11,720 nucleotides of DNA from Candidatus Nanohaloarchaea archaeon (GCA_046497485.1 JAWOFP010000041.1:1-11720); one strand, 5' to 3'. Counted from the stretch's first letter, positions 1 through 8,149 are shown. The notes: generated by a model from the sequence alone, not told the origin. Translations and numbers: made by a program.

Positions 1-120
1 AATTGTTTCTATAGATCTATCCATTTCATAGAATGCCTCTGTGACATCCTCTACAGCGACTCTAGTTCCCTGTATCACAGGTTTACCAAATCTTATGGAC
101 TCAGACTGTACTATAGCCAT
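1..120 (-). CDS. DUF433 family protein (putative antitoxin / small DNA-binding protein), runs off the window edge
   Basis: Not in the ORF track. Manual translation from the ATG at 120 gives MAIVQSESIRFGKPVIQGTRVAVEDVTEAFYEMDRSIETI..., and GKPVIxGTRVxV is the DUF433 (COG2442) signature. Confidence 0.85.
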   Translation of the reverse strand, partial: MAIVQSESIRFGKPVIQGTRVAVEDVTEAFYEMDRSIETI

Positions 121-189
121 AATTATATTAGCGGTTAGAAAAGTTAAATCAGTTTTCATCAAGAACTTTCTTCAAGAAATTGGGATAGA

Positions 190-354
190 TCAGTCTAACT
201 CTTCTATTATGTCTACTGTGGGAAGGTTTGACATGGTTCCGCCGTTCTTCCTGATTTTTACATCGCTGTTAAGGCCTTTCTCTTGTGTTACATATCCTCC
301 TTCTAGGAAGTATCCTTCTATTACTATATGAAGATCTTCTGAATTCCTGTCCAT
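190..354 (-). CDS. small acidic hypothetical protein, 54 aa
   Basis: Manual translation: MDRNSEDLHIVIEGYFLEGGYVTQEKGLNSDVKIRKNGGTMSNLPTVDIIEELD*. Co-oriented with its neighbours and similar in composition; no recognised family. Confidence 0.5.
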   Translation of the reverse strand: MDRNSEDLHIVIEGYFLEGGYVTQEKGLNSDVKIRKNGGTMSNLPTVDIIEELD

Positions 355-441
355 AAGGGTTTAGTCTTCATTCAATAGTTAAAAACTGTTATCTGTTTAC
401 TGAGTCTTTAACCAATCTATGTAAAGAGTTCTCCTAGTCTA

Positions 442-1530
442 TCATACATCTTCCATTAAACTATGTGTTCTTTCTTCCCTCTTACTTGATAGAACACTCT
501 CTATAACTTCAAGGTCTTCATCATCCGCAAGTATGACTCTTGAATCCTCTGAGTCGTCGATCGCGCCCAGCTCTTCTAAGAAATCTAGGACTTCCCCACT
601 GTAATCATCGTCTTTAACTTCCCGAAGCTTCTCAGACCCATCATTTCTTCTAAACGTTTCCAGGCCTCTACCTTCCAAATCTTGAATCACTTGATCCTGA
701 TTGAACTCCTCCAAAGTATCGAGGATAAGATCCTCATAGACCTCTTCTACATGTGATTCGACCTTTTCTAAAGCTTCTTCATCCTGAACCGTGTACTTTG
801 AGCCTCTGGACTCCAGCACATCCATAGTCACAAGATCGCTTAAATGCTGGCCTATCTTCCAGTTACTCCTCCTTGAATCAAGAAAAGAAGAGTCAAAGAA
901 GTTCCCATCAAAGGCCTGAACCGCATTAACTATACCTGGTCTCGCATATGGCCTTCTAATAGAGTCAAGATTTAGTTCGTCTCCTGAAAGATAGTTTATG
1001 TTAACTTCATCCGAATCATGTAACCTCTCCAATACTTCTTCCAAGCCTGACCTGTACTTCTGTTTCAGTCTGCCTTCATCATCCATTATTTTCTCACTCC
1101 AGTCTGACATGTTCTGAGATGAAAGAGGGGAGCTACCTGAAAAATTCTGATTCACGGATTCCCTGAATTCATCTCCCTGGGAAAGATCGTATAGTATGTT
1201 CCATTTCTTTACAGCCTGGTCTCCAATCGTTACAGTGTGGTCGCCGAATTCAAACTCGTAATTCCCAGGCTTCGCAACCAGTAGATTTTCAGAATCATAC
1301 AGTATATTCCTGTCATCCTCATCATAGAGATCAAGTGAAGGACCTCCTATCTCATCCGATATAACCTCTGATAACACGCTTAAGGCCTTGCGCTGTTCAT
1401 CTTTACTTTTACCCACAGTGATATGCCTCATATCTATGTCTCCGTATGCAGTTTCATCCAAGTCATCTACAAGTCTTATAGCAACGTTGTAGTAGATTGT
1501 GTGAAGTTTAGAATACTCTTGTTTCTTCAA
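442..1530 (-). CDS. acidic hypothetical protein with putative C-terminal tandem winged-helix domains
   Basis: 362-aa ORF. The TTG start is preceded by an SD-like AGGAGG. The C-terminal half aligns by eye with the protein of 3498..4127. Confidence 0.85.
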   Translation of the reverse strand: MKKQEYSKLHTIYYNVAIRLVDDLDETAYGDIDMRHITVGKSKDEQRKALSVLSEVISDEIGGPSLDLYDEDDRNILYDSENLLVAKPGNYEFEFGDHTVTIGDQAVKKWNILYDLSQGDEFRESVNQNFSGSSPLSSQNMSDWSEKIMDDEGRLKQKYRSGLEEVLERLHDSDEVNINYLSGDELNLDSIRRPYARPGIVNAVQAFDGNFFDSSFLDSRRSNWKIGQHLSDLVTMDVLESRGSKYTVQDEEALEKVESHVEEVYEDLILDTLEEFNQDQVIQDLEGRGLETFRRNDGSEKLREVKDDDYSGEVLDFLEELGAIDDSEDSRVILADDEDLEVIESVLSSKREERTHSLMEDV

Positions 1531-1677
1531 ATAGGAACCCCTCCTAATTCCTAATTAGATGTAAAAATTATATCCGTGTTCAAAAAATACTGGCGGAAAA
1601 CTTTCATAGAGTCATACAGATAATCGTTTGATCTCACCGAACGAAATATAACAAGGCCTTTCCAATACTTGCGGTGT

Positions 1678-2415
1678 ATGAGCATTGAATCCGAGGATCC
1701 TCTCAATGATGTCTCCTATATGTTCTCCGACATGACTGAAAACCTTGACGGTTTGGAAAGCTCCATAATCGAGTATCAAATAGCTGAATCGATTTACCAG
1801 AGGAGAATGGACCAGTATAGGCAGGGGAAGACCTCAAGACACGATGTGAAAAATGCTATGGATCACTTCGCCTTTACGGAAACTGAGATGATTTCAGAGG
1901 CCTCAAGAATCGGAGATTTAGCAGAGTTCATCCGGTCAGATTTCAGGGATCTAGGGCCTGAGGACGTCGTAGGTTTAGCGACTGAAAATGTTTTCATGGA
2001 TCATATGCTTGCTGAATCATCCTCCAATTACGAATGCGCTAATGACGACTTCTTGGAGAGTTTGGAAAGATACGAGGATATGTACCGGCATATGGCTAAG
2101 AAAGGAGAGTTACTCAGACAGTCAGATCAGGAAGAAGTCAGAGAAAAGATAGGTTACAGCTGGCGTGAAGCTTTTGCAAACGTGAAGGACTGGGAGGAAG
2201 ACAATACTGCCAATGTTTTCGACCCTGAAAATATTAGCGAAAAAAGAAACGATATAATAGCTGAAAGGCCTCGAGGAAACTATATTGATTTCCAAGAACT
2301 GTCAGGGACTGAAGATATAGCCGAGAAAAGAGAGGAAGTTCTAGATATCAGTGATGAAGATTTAGAGAATAAAAGAGATGAGGTAAAAAGTAGGGAGCCG
2401 CGTTACATCCAATAA
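1678..2415 (+). CDS. acidic helical hypothetical protein with C-terminal repeats
   Basis: Long D/E-rich ORF. ATG 1678 is preferred over the track's TTG 1669 because a TATA-like AAATATAA at 1644-1651 sits at leaderless-type spacing. Confidence 0.8.
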   Translation: MSIESEDPLNDVSYMFSDMTENLDGLESSIIEYQIAESIYQRRMDQYRQGKTSRHDVKNAMDHFAFTETEMISEASRIGDLAEFIRSDFRDLGPEDVVGLATENVFMDHMLAESSSNYECANDDFLESLERYEDMYRHMAKKGELLRQSDQEEVREKIGYSWREAFANVKDWEEDNTANVFDPENISEKRNDIIAERPRGNYIDFQELSGTEDIAEKREEVLDISDEDLENKRDEVKSREPRYIQ

Positions 2416-2417
2416 TT

Positions 2418-2981
2418 TTATCTTTCATCTATTTTCCAGAAGACATCCACTATGGCATCTTCCAGTTCTTCTTCGTCAAGGCCTCGGTCTTCTTCATATT
2501 CTTTTAGACCTTCTCTCAGGTTTCGCGCCAGTTCGTAGTTGTTATCTGATTTTTTGGCGGCTCTTGCAATCATATTTCTTTCGTCTTCCTCGTGCAATAT
2601 CTTCCCGAACTCCCTGACGTACCTTTCTCCATCAGAGTAAGCTAACTCGCTCATAATAAATTCGATCGGGTCTTCATCTATCTCTTCTGAAAAGGCCTCT
2701 GCAGATTCGTTGAAAAACTCTCTTACATATTCTGCTTCTTCTTCTAAGTCTTCGAGTAATAGGAAGTCTACCTTCTTTTCTACGTTATCTCTTAATTCCT
2801 CGTAATCGCTGCTGTTCCAGAATAAGTCTCTGACGGCATCTTCGCCTTCTCCTCCCTGCCATTTCTTTCCTTCTTCTCGGTTGGTCCTAGTTAGTTCTCT
2901 GAATTTGTTCGATGCCTCGACCATGTACCTGAACTTTATAGATTCTCTACAGGACTCAACTGGTTCAAAGATATCTGTCAT
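2418..2981 (-). CDS. acidic hypothetical protein
   Basis: 187-aa E-rich ORF, convergent with 1678..2415 across a 2-nt gap, with an AT-rich TATA-like stretch upstream. Confidence 0.8.
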   Translation of the reverse strand: MTDIFEPVESCRESIKFRYMVEASNKFRELTRTNREEGKKWQGGEGEDAVRDLFWNSSDYEELRDNVEKKVDFLLLEDLEEEAEYVREFFNESAEAFSEEIDEDPIEFIMSELAYSDGERYVREFGKILHEEDERNMIARAAKKSDNNYELARNLREGLKEYEEDRGLDEEELEDAIVDVFWKIDER

Positions 2982-3056
2982 TACAACACATCAATCTCAC
3001 ATAATAAAATTTATAACTGTTAAATGATAACAAGTCGACCATTACTATTATCTTTC

Positions 3057-3072
3057 GAGAATACGTATTCTC
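3057..3072. promoter_or_regulatory. perfect 16-bp palindrome, putative operator
   Basis: GAGAATACGTATTCTC is its own reverse complement. It ends 4 nt before the DUF2892 ATG, in a divergent intergenic region. Confidence 0.45.
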
Positions 3073-3076
3073 TACT

Positions 3077-3298
3077 ATGTTAGACATGGAAGTTAACGTT
3101 GGTAAGACCGATCAAATCTTCAGAGTAGTCGGCGGAATGATTCTAGGTGCTTTAAGCATCAATGCATTAATCGCGACATGCGTACCTGATATTTACAGTC
3201 CGGTATTTGGAGCAATCGCATTAATCTTTTTAGCGACAGGATTCTCAAAAAAATGCCCTGTCAACAAACTACTCGATAGAACAACTGTAGAGGAATAA
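3077..3298 (+). CDS. DUF2892 (YgaP-like) small membrane protein
   Basis: N-terminal NVGxxD..R motif, two hydrophobic segments and a C-terminal TG...CP...L motif typical of DUF2892. The start may be ATG 3086. Confidence 0.85.
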   Translation: MLDMEVNVGKTDQIFRVVGGMILGALSINALIATCVPDIYSPVFGAIALIFLATGFSKKCPVNKLLDRTTVEE

Positions 3299-3497
3299 AG
3301 GCCTCTAAACTTTTTCTCTTATTTTACCCGATTCGATATCCTCTATCAGGCCTTAATCGTCAAAAAACTTTCACTGAACACTTCTTTGACGTAGGCCTCT
3401 CTATCAACTATCCTCATTCCCTATTTTCTGTATCTGTTATTGAATCCAAACCCAATATAATGCCGTTATATTCATCAGCCTATTATTTAGAAAAACT

Positions 3498-4127
3498 CTA
3501 GTTTTCTCGCCGCCACTTATCTCCTGGGAATCTGGTTTCATACCTCTGCATCTCCTCGATATACTCATTTGGAAGGCCTCCACCTTCTCCCAAAGATTCT
3601 GCTACTGTTCTCCACTCGTCTCTGTTCTCCAGTAAATACTCGATATCTGTTCGGTCGGCTTCGAACTCTCTATTATCCCTATCCTTGATTAAATCGAGTT
3701 CTTCAAAAAGCCATACAGTAGAATCATGGTATCCGCCTCTATGAAAATTAATCAGTCCATCTTTTTCCAGGTTATCATACTCTATGAAGGTTTCAAGATC
3801 TTCAACCACCTCCGGTGCAAACTCTGTGGTACTCGCAAGCTTCTCAATTATCTTATACCTGTAAACTTGTTCAGCTAACTCCTCTGCTGGTTCAAGCGAC
3901 CTCACTACGCGATATTTGTTAGGCCTAGAGCTATGCTCTTGTTTATCTGCGATACCTGCTTGAGCTAGGACCTCTAGGTTGAAGCCTATCCTGCTACTAC
4001 TGTAGTCAGACCCGATATGCGGTGCCCTAACCCATTCCTGTTGATAATTACTCGCAGCCTCGATTATCCCAGGCCTCATCCGCGCTATCTTGTTTCTTCC
4101 TATACCTTGAAATCTGTCATCAGTCAT
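3498..4127 (-). CDS. hypothetical protein with putative tandem winged-helix domains
   Basis: 209-aa ORF. SSRIGFNLEVLAQAGIADK...NKYRV resembles a recognition helix plus wing; similar to the C-terminal half of 442..1530. Confidence 0.8.
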   Translation of the reverse strand: MTDDRFQGIGRNKIARMRPGIIEAASNYQQEWVRAPHIGSDYSSSRIGFNLEVLAQAGIADKQEHSSRPNKYRVVRSLEPAEELAEQVYRYKIIEKLASTTEFAPEVVEDLETFIEYDNLEKDGLINFHRGGYHDSTVWLFEELDLIKDRDNREFEADRTDIEYLLENRDEWRTVAESLGEGGGLPNEYIEEMQRYETRFPGDKWRREN

Positions 4128-4238
4128 ATGGAGATTTTCACAGAAGTTTTGTATCTTGATTTAACCAAGGTTTTTCTTGGACCCATAGTTCAGAAAATAA
4201 CTGTAATTATTTATAGTTGTAGAGTAACAACATTTCCG

Positions 4239-4610
4239 TTATTTTTCGAACTGGTCGAAAGTCTTCTGATACGCAGCCGGCAGCTCATACCATTCAAGGA
4301 AATTCTCGACACCTTGCTGCTGATTAATCATTCTATCCGCCCTCTGATCTGCATAAATCGCAAGCTCTCTATCACCCATTTCAAAGTAAATCTTCGCATT
4401 ACGATCATTCACTCTGAACTCATTCTCACCCGGCTCAATCAACAAGTCTCCCAAAATATAATCTGAGAAAACCCCTTTATGATAATTGAAATCATTAGCC
4501 GTAAACTTCGTGACATACTCTTCCCCGATGCCAAAATCATCGCCAGGCCTGTAGTCTTCTACCTCTGCCCAGTCAGAGTTGACAAATCTTTCAACCGCTT
4601 CCTTCGTCAT
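4239..4610 (-). CDS. acidic hypothetical protein
   Basis: 123-aa ORF with an ATG start and halophile-like acidic composition. Confidence 0.75.
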   Translation of the reverse strand: MTKEAVERFVNSDWAEVEDYRPGDDFGIGEEYVTKFTANDFNYHKGVFSDYILGDLLIEPGENEFRVNDRNAKIYFEMGDRELAIYADQRADRMINQQQGVENFLEWYELPAAYQKTFDQFEK

Positions 4611-4659
4611 ATCAAAGATACTCGAAAAATAACTTTTTCTACATAACCTCTCAAAGAAG

Positions 4660-5205
4660 TTAGTAGGAATCCTCCATTAACGACATTCTACCTGTTGCCT
4701 CCCATTCATCAGACTCGAGAAAAATCCTGTCACCGCCAGATAAAACTCCTTTAGAAGGCCTCAAACCCTGGATTTCTCTACCGAGTTCGTCAACCTTTTC
4801 AATAATCGCTCTTCTTACTCGCTCATTTACAGGTTCAAATCCTTCAGGAACATATTTCATCTCCTCAAACCTTACCTGGTTATCAGGTTCTTCGTTCAAA
4901 GATTCGAGAACACCATGAACTTCTTCTACAGTAACATGGGACTCGGTAGGCCTCTCAAGATCCAGTTTTTCATCGTAAAGCCCTCTCATAAAATCATAAA
5001 ACACTGTATGCATCAACGCAGGCTCCAAGTCAGCGAAATCTCTTTCAATCCCTTCAAATTCTGCTATCTCATCGTAGCGTGTCCTTCCGTCGTCGCCTAT
5101 TTCTCTGCCAAGAATAGCCTCGCCCCAGTAAGCAAGATTTTCATAATCCTCAGCTCCAAGATCATAACTATTATCTAGTTGAGTTGACTGCTTTTCAGTT
5201 GACAT
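4660..5205 (-). CDS. acidic hypothetical protein
   Basis: 181-aa acidic ORF with an SD-like GGAGGT upstream of the ATG. Confidence 0.8.
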   Translation of the reverse strand: MSTEKQSTQLDNSYDLGAEDYENLAYWGEAILGREIGDDGRTRYDEIAEFEGIERDFADLEPALMHTVFYDFMRGLYDEKLDLERPTESHVTVEEVHGVLESLNEEPDNQVRFEEMKYVPEGFEPVNERVRRAIIEKVDELGREIQGLRPSKGVLSGGDRIFLESDEWEATGRMSLMEDSY

Positions 5206-5331
5206 ATCTAGATTAGACCTCCGCTTATTTCTTTAATCTTATCCACTTCACGTGATTCGATCTCAGCGTTTAAAAAACTTCGGAGACAAGGCCTAATAGA
5301 AACATTATCTTCTTAACAGAATTAATCCCTT

Positions 5332-6291
5332 TTAGATATCGGCCGCTTTCTTCGCTTCCTCCCTCAATCTGTCCGCCTGTTCCTCCAAGTTTCCTGAAAG
5401 CTTCTCATCTCCTTGAGCCATCTTCAAGGCCTTTTCCGCTTCCGCTCTAACCTCTGAAAGCTCCTCTTTGAAGTCCCGTAAACCTGCTTCCTCCACTAAG
5501 AAATCTAAAAAATTGATAAATCCCTTAGCTTCTTCCTCAGTTCTCCTTGACTCCTCAAAAGCAGTCTCCACTTCATTCTCCAGTTTCCAGGCCTCATTCG
5601 CTTCCTGCTCAGCTTCTTTCCCGGATCTCTCCAAGTTTCTATAGACCTCCTGATACAGTTTATTCCCGACTTTCACCAGAGACTCATCTTTCCACTTTCT
5701 ACCGAGGCCTGCTGTCCCTCTTTCTTCCTTGAACTGAAGCCCATCTAAATCCTCATCAAACTCCGTCTCACTAACCATAAACGCTATCTCCTGCATAACA
5801 TGATTCTCAGTCTCCACAATCGCCCTCTCCTGGACGGCCTCAGTCATCAACATGTCAGCAATCCTTCTAGCATTCAACACGATATCTCTCTTAAACTCTT
5901 TATCGTAAGGCCTCTGTCTACCATCTATTTCATCCTTCAAGTACTGGAACTCTTTCTCAACGCCTTTTTCCTCATCAAAAACCATTTGAATCCTTTCAGC
6001 AAGCATCCCAAGATTCTGCTTCTCCCTCAAAATTGCGTCTTCCTCAATCTCAACACCCTGGACCTCTCTACTGACTTCAGACTGTTCCTCTTCGATTAAA
6101 CGGCCTTCCTCATTCTGGATAACCCTTCTAACTTCTTCCTCTGACAGGCCTGCATTGTATAATTTTTCAAGTAATTCTTCCGTTCCCCGTGCATCTGCAA
6201 AAGCAGACTCCTCAATCTCCTCGGCTTTTTCTAATTCTTCTCGAATTTTTCTTTCATTCTCCTTGATTCTGTCCAGGGAAAGATCAGTCAT
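5332..6291 (-). CDS. Glu-rich predicted coiled-coil protein
   Basis: 319-aa ORF rich in E/K/R/A/L and nearly Pro-free; TATA-like TTTTTATT about 25 nt upstream. Confidence 0.85.
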   Translation of the reverse strand: MTDLSLDRIKENERKIREELEKAEEIEESAFADARGTEELLEKLYNAGLSEEEVRRVIQNEEGRLIEEEQSEVSREVQGVEIEEDAILREKQNLGMLAERIQMVFDEEKGVEKEFQYLKDEIDGRQRPYDKEFKRDIVLNARRIADMLMTEAVQERAIVETENHVMQEIAFMVSETEFDEDLDGLQFKEERGTAGLGRKWKDESLVKVGNKLYQEVYRNLERSGKEAEQEANEAWKLENEVETAFEESRRTEEEAKGFINFLDFLVEEAGLRDFKEELSEVRAEAEKALKMAQGDEKLSGNLEEQADRLREEAKKAADI

Positions 6292-6334
6292 GTAACATAG
6301 TTAGAACTCCTAGAATAAAAATTATGGACTAAAA

Positions 6335-6359
6335 TTTGCCGGGGCGGAGATTCGAACTC
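6335..6359 (-). repeat. 25-bp direct repeat of the tRNA-Leu 3' end (att-like)
   Basis: TTTGCCGGGGCGGAGATTCGAACTC at 6335-6359 is identical to 6415-6439. Confidence 0.9.
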
Positions 6360-6416
6360 GAAGCTTTCTCTTGGAAGCTTCTATAATCAAATACCGCTAG
6401 AAATATGTGATTAGTT

Positions 6417-6499
6417 TGCCGGGGCGGAGATTCGAACTCCGGAACCCCTACGGGACGGGATCTTAAGTCCCGCGCCTTTGGCCACTCGGCAACCCCGGC
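6417..6499 (-). tRNA. trnL: tRNA-Leu (anticodon UAA), intronless, CCA not encoded
   Basis: The reverse complement folds as a type II tRNA: acceptor stem GCCGGGG/CCCCGGC plus discriminator A, anticodon arm CGGGA-CTTAAGA-TCCCG, long variable arm, T arm CGGAG-TTCGAAT-CTCCG. Confidence 0.97.
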
Positions 6500-6580
6500 T
6501 GCAATTTGAAGAGATAAGGCCTCTCTACAAACTTTTTTAGTGAACCAACTTTTTAATACGAGATACCAGAAAATTATACC

Positions 6581-6925
6581 ATGTTATTTATCCTTACATG
6601 GATGTTTGCATTAATACTTGTATTCTTTATCTCATGGGCTGCCTACTATTTCGGCGGAAACTTTGTAGTATTTGACGGAGTTTCAAAACAGGATGGAATG
6701 AAGTTAGCAGGACTGGAGATATTTTACGCTGCAATCGCATCCATTTTTAGCTTCATGCCGCTCGGAGGAATAGTTTCAGCCCTTCTAACCTTAGCATTAC
6801 CATTTATCATGGTAAAAGCAATTAAGAAAAAATTCGAGACAGGCCTACCAATCGCAATAATGGTCTACTTAGTTGCGACAGTTGGAAAACTATTAATTTT
6901 CGTACCTATGTATGTACTAACTTAG
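6581..6925 (+). CDS. small integral membrane protein (about 3-4 TM helices)
   Basis: 114 aa, strongly hydrophobic; TATA-like TTTTAATA at 6551-6558. Confidence 0.75.
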   Translation: MLFILTWMFALILVFFISWAAYYFGGNFVVFDGVSKQDGMKLAGLEIFYAAIASIFSFMPLGGIVSALLTLALPFIMVKAIKKKFETGLPIAIMVYLVATVGKLLIFVPMYVLT

Positions 6926-6955
6926 ACTAAAAATAAGTAGAAAAAAGTATGCGGA

Positions 6956-7531
6956 TTACCTAGGCTCCAAAATTTCTTGGAGCTCTTCCATTTTACTAAG
7001 AGCCTGTTTTCTTCCTCTGTTAGATCCTTCTTCATAGCTCATTTCTAGTTCAAGGTAAGGATTGTTCCCTATCTCTAGATCTAATTTGAAATCTTCAGCA
7101 TCAATTGAGCTTTCAACAACTTCGCCTTCTGAGACTAGAAGCTCGAAGAGACCATATCCATCTGTTTCATTAGGATCGGTTCCAGTAATGTCGGATCGTC
7201 TCTGAACTCTGTAACTTATATTGACTTCTCCATCTTCCACTTGTAGATTGAATTCACCGGGTACATCAGGCTGAATTCTTTCTCCATCATAACCAAATAT
7301 GCCTTCGAAAAGCTCAGTCTCCCATTCAGCCTCATAATGCTGGGTTTCCCTCGGCATATCTCGGCGTTCATTAAGCACAGGGCTTTCTCCTTCATATTTC
7401 AGAGCTGGACTATCGTCATCGTCACTTCCGCTATTCTTTTCGACTTCAGTGACTGAAGAATTATCTTCAAAATTTTCTTCTGGTGCTTCGCGTGAGAAAA
7501 ATCTGCCTTCTTCCTGGTCTTCTGGTCCCAT
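6956..7531 (-). CDS. acidic hypothetical protein
   Basis: 191-aa ORF with a low-complexity acidic N-terminus, directly downstream of rpoD. Confidence 0.8.
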   Translation of the reverse strand: MGPEDQEEGRFFSREAPEENFEDNSSVTEVEKNSGSDDDDSPALKYEGESPVLNERRDMPRETQHYEAEWETELFEGIFGYDGERIQPDVPGEFNLQVEDGEVNISYRVQRRSDITGTDPNETDGYGLFELLVSEGEVVESSIDAEDFKLDLEIGNNPYLELEMSYEEGSNRGRKQALSKMEELQEILEPR

Positions 7532-7588
7532 AACAAAGACTCATTAAGTAGAAAAATGTTAAAAAATGATGTTAGTATAGATTCACAA

Positions 7589-8149
7589 TCAAAGCTTTTC
7601 CTCAAACTCGTCAAGCTCTCTTTCAAGCTCTTCGACTGAGGCCTGTAGAAGCTCTTCGTTGCTGTATCCTGAAGTGGATTCGATACGGAATATAAAGTCG
7701 TCTCCGTCTTTTTCATATCCTACTGTTCCGCCCTGATGCTTTGCATGTTCTCTACCAGTTCCTAGAACTGCTGTAGCCTCAAAGTCAAGTTCCTGACCTT
7801 CTTTCAGTTTGACAAGAGCGATTTCATCGTTTACAGGCTCTGCTTCTTCGTTATCTGTCTGAATATCTCCAGACTTAACATTTACAGGACCTTCCTTCTT
7901 CACAGCGATGTGAAGTTCGTCTTCTTCATCAAACTTTTTCGGAATTTTGAACGGGACCATACCCATTCTGTTTGCTAAGTCTTCATCAAAAAGGCCTGAT
8001 TCATTCTGGATAACTTCTAATTCTTTGATAGAAAGAGTTGGTACTCTAGCCATCATAGATCTTCTTAGAGCGTTTGCTACTGCAGGATATGAGTCCTTCA
8101 GAGTTGCTTCTAGAACGCCGTTTTCCTCGTCTCCTAGTTCAATGTTCAT
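7589..8149 (-). CDS. rpoD: DNA-directed RNA polymerase subunit D (Rpo3), short form
   Basis: Motifs ANALRR, VPTL, N.S.LFDE.LA.R.G..P, G.G..HAKH and FIFRIES; canonical position after rps11 with an ATGA overlap. Confidence 0.96.
   Translation of the reverse strand: MNIELGDEENGVLEATLKDSYPAVANALRRSMMARVPTLSIKELEVIQNESGLFDEDLANRMGMVPFKIPKKFDEEDELHIAVKKEGPVNVKSGDIQTDNEEAEPVNDEIALVKLKEGQELDFEATAVLGTGREHAKHQGGTVGYEKDGDDFIFRIESTSGYSNEELLQASVEELERELDEFEEKL

Noticed and set aside
41..331. 96-aa plus-strand ORF
   Set aside because: It is antisense to the DUF433 gene and the 54-aa ORF, and its composition is atypical for this proteome.
4017..6099. Plus-strand ORFs 4017..4466, 4915..5178, 5547..5732 and 5800..6099
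   Set aside because: Antisense shadows of acidic minus-strand genes; rich in L/I/S/F with no recognisable motifs.
1..6334. Intact provirus or genomic island at tRNA-Leu
   Set aside because: No integrase or viral hallmark gene is visible, the att-like repeats enclose only 55 bp, and the host palindrome density is unchanged.
6335..6439. Possible CRISPR mini-array or split-tRNA half
   Set aside because: There are only two copies, both identical to the tRNA 3' end, and no cas genes. The copy has a broken T stem and no anticodon half, and an intact tRNA lies next to it.
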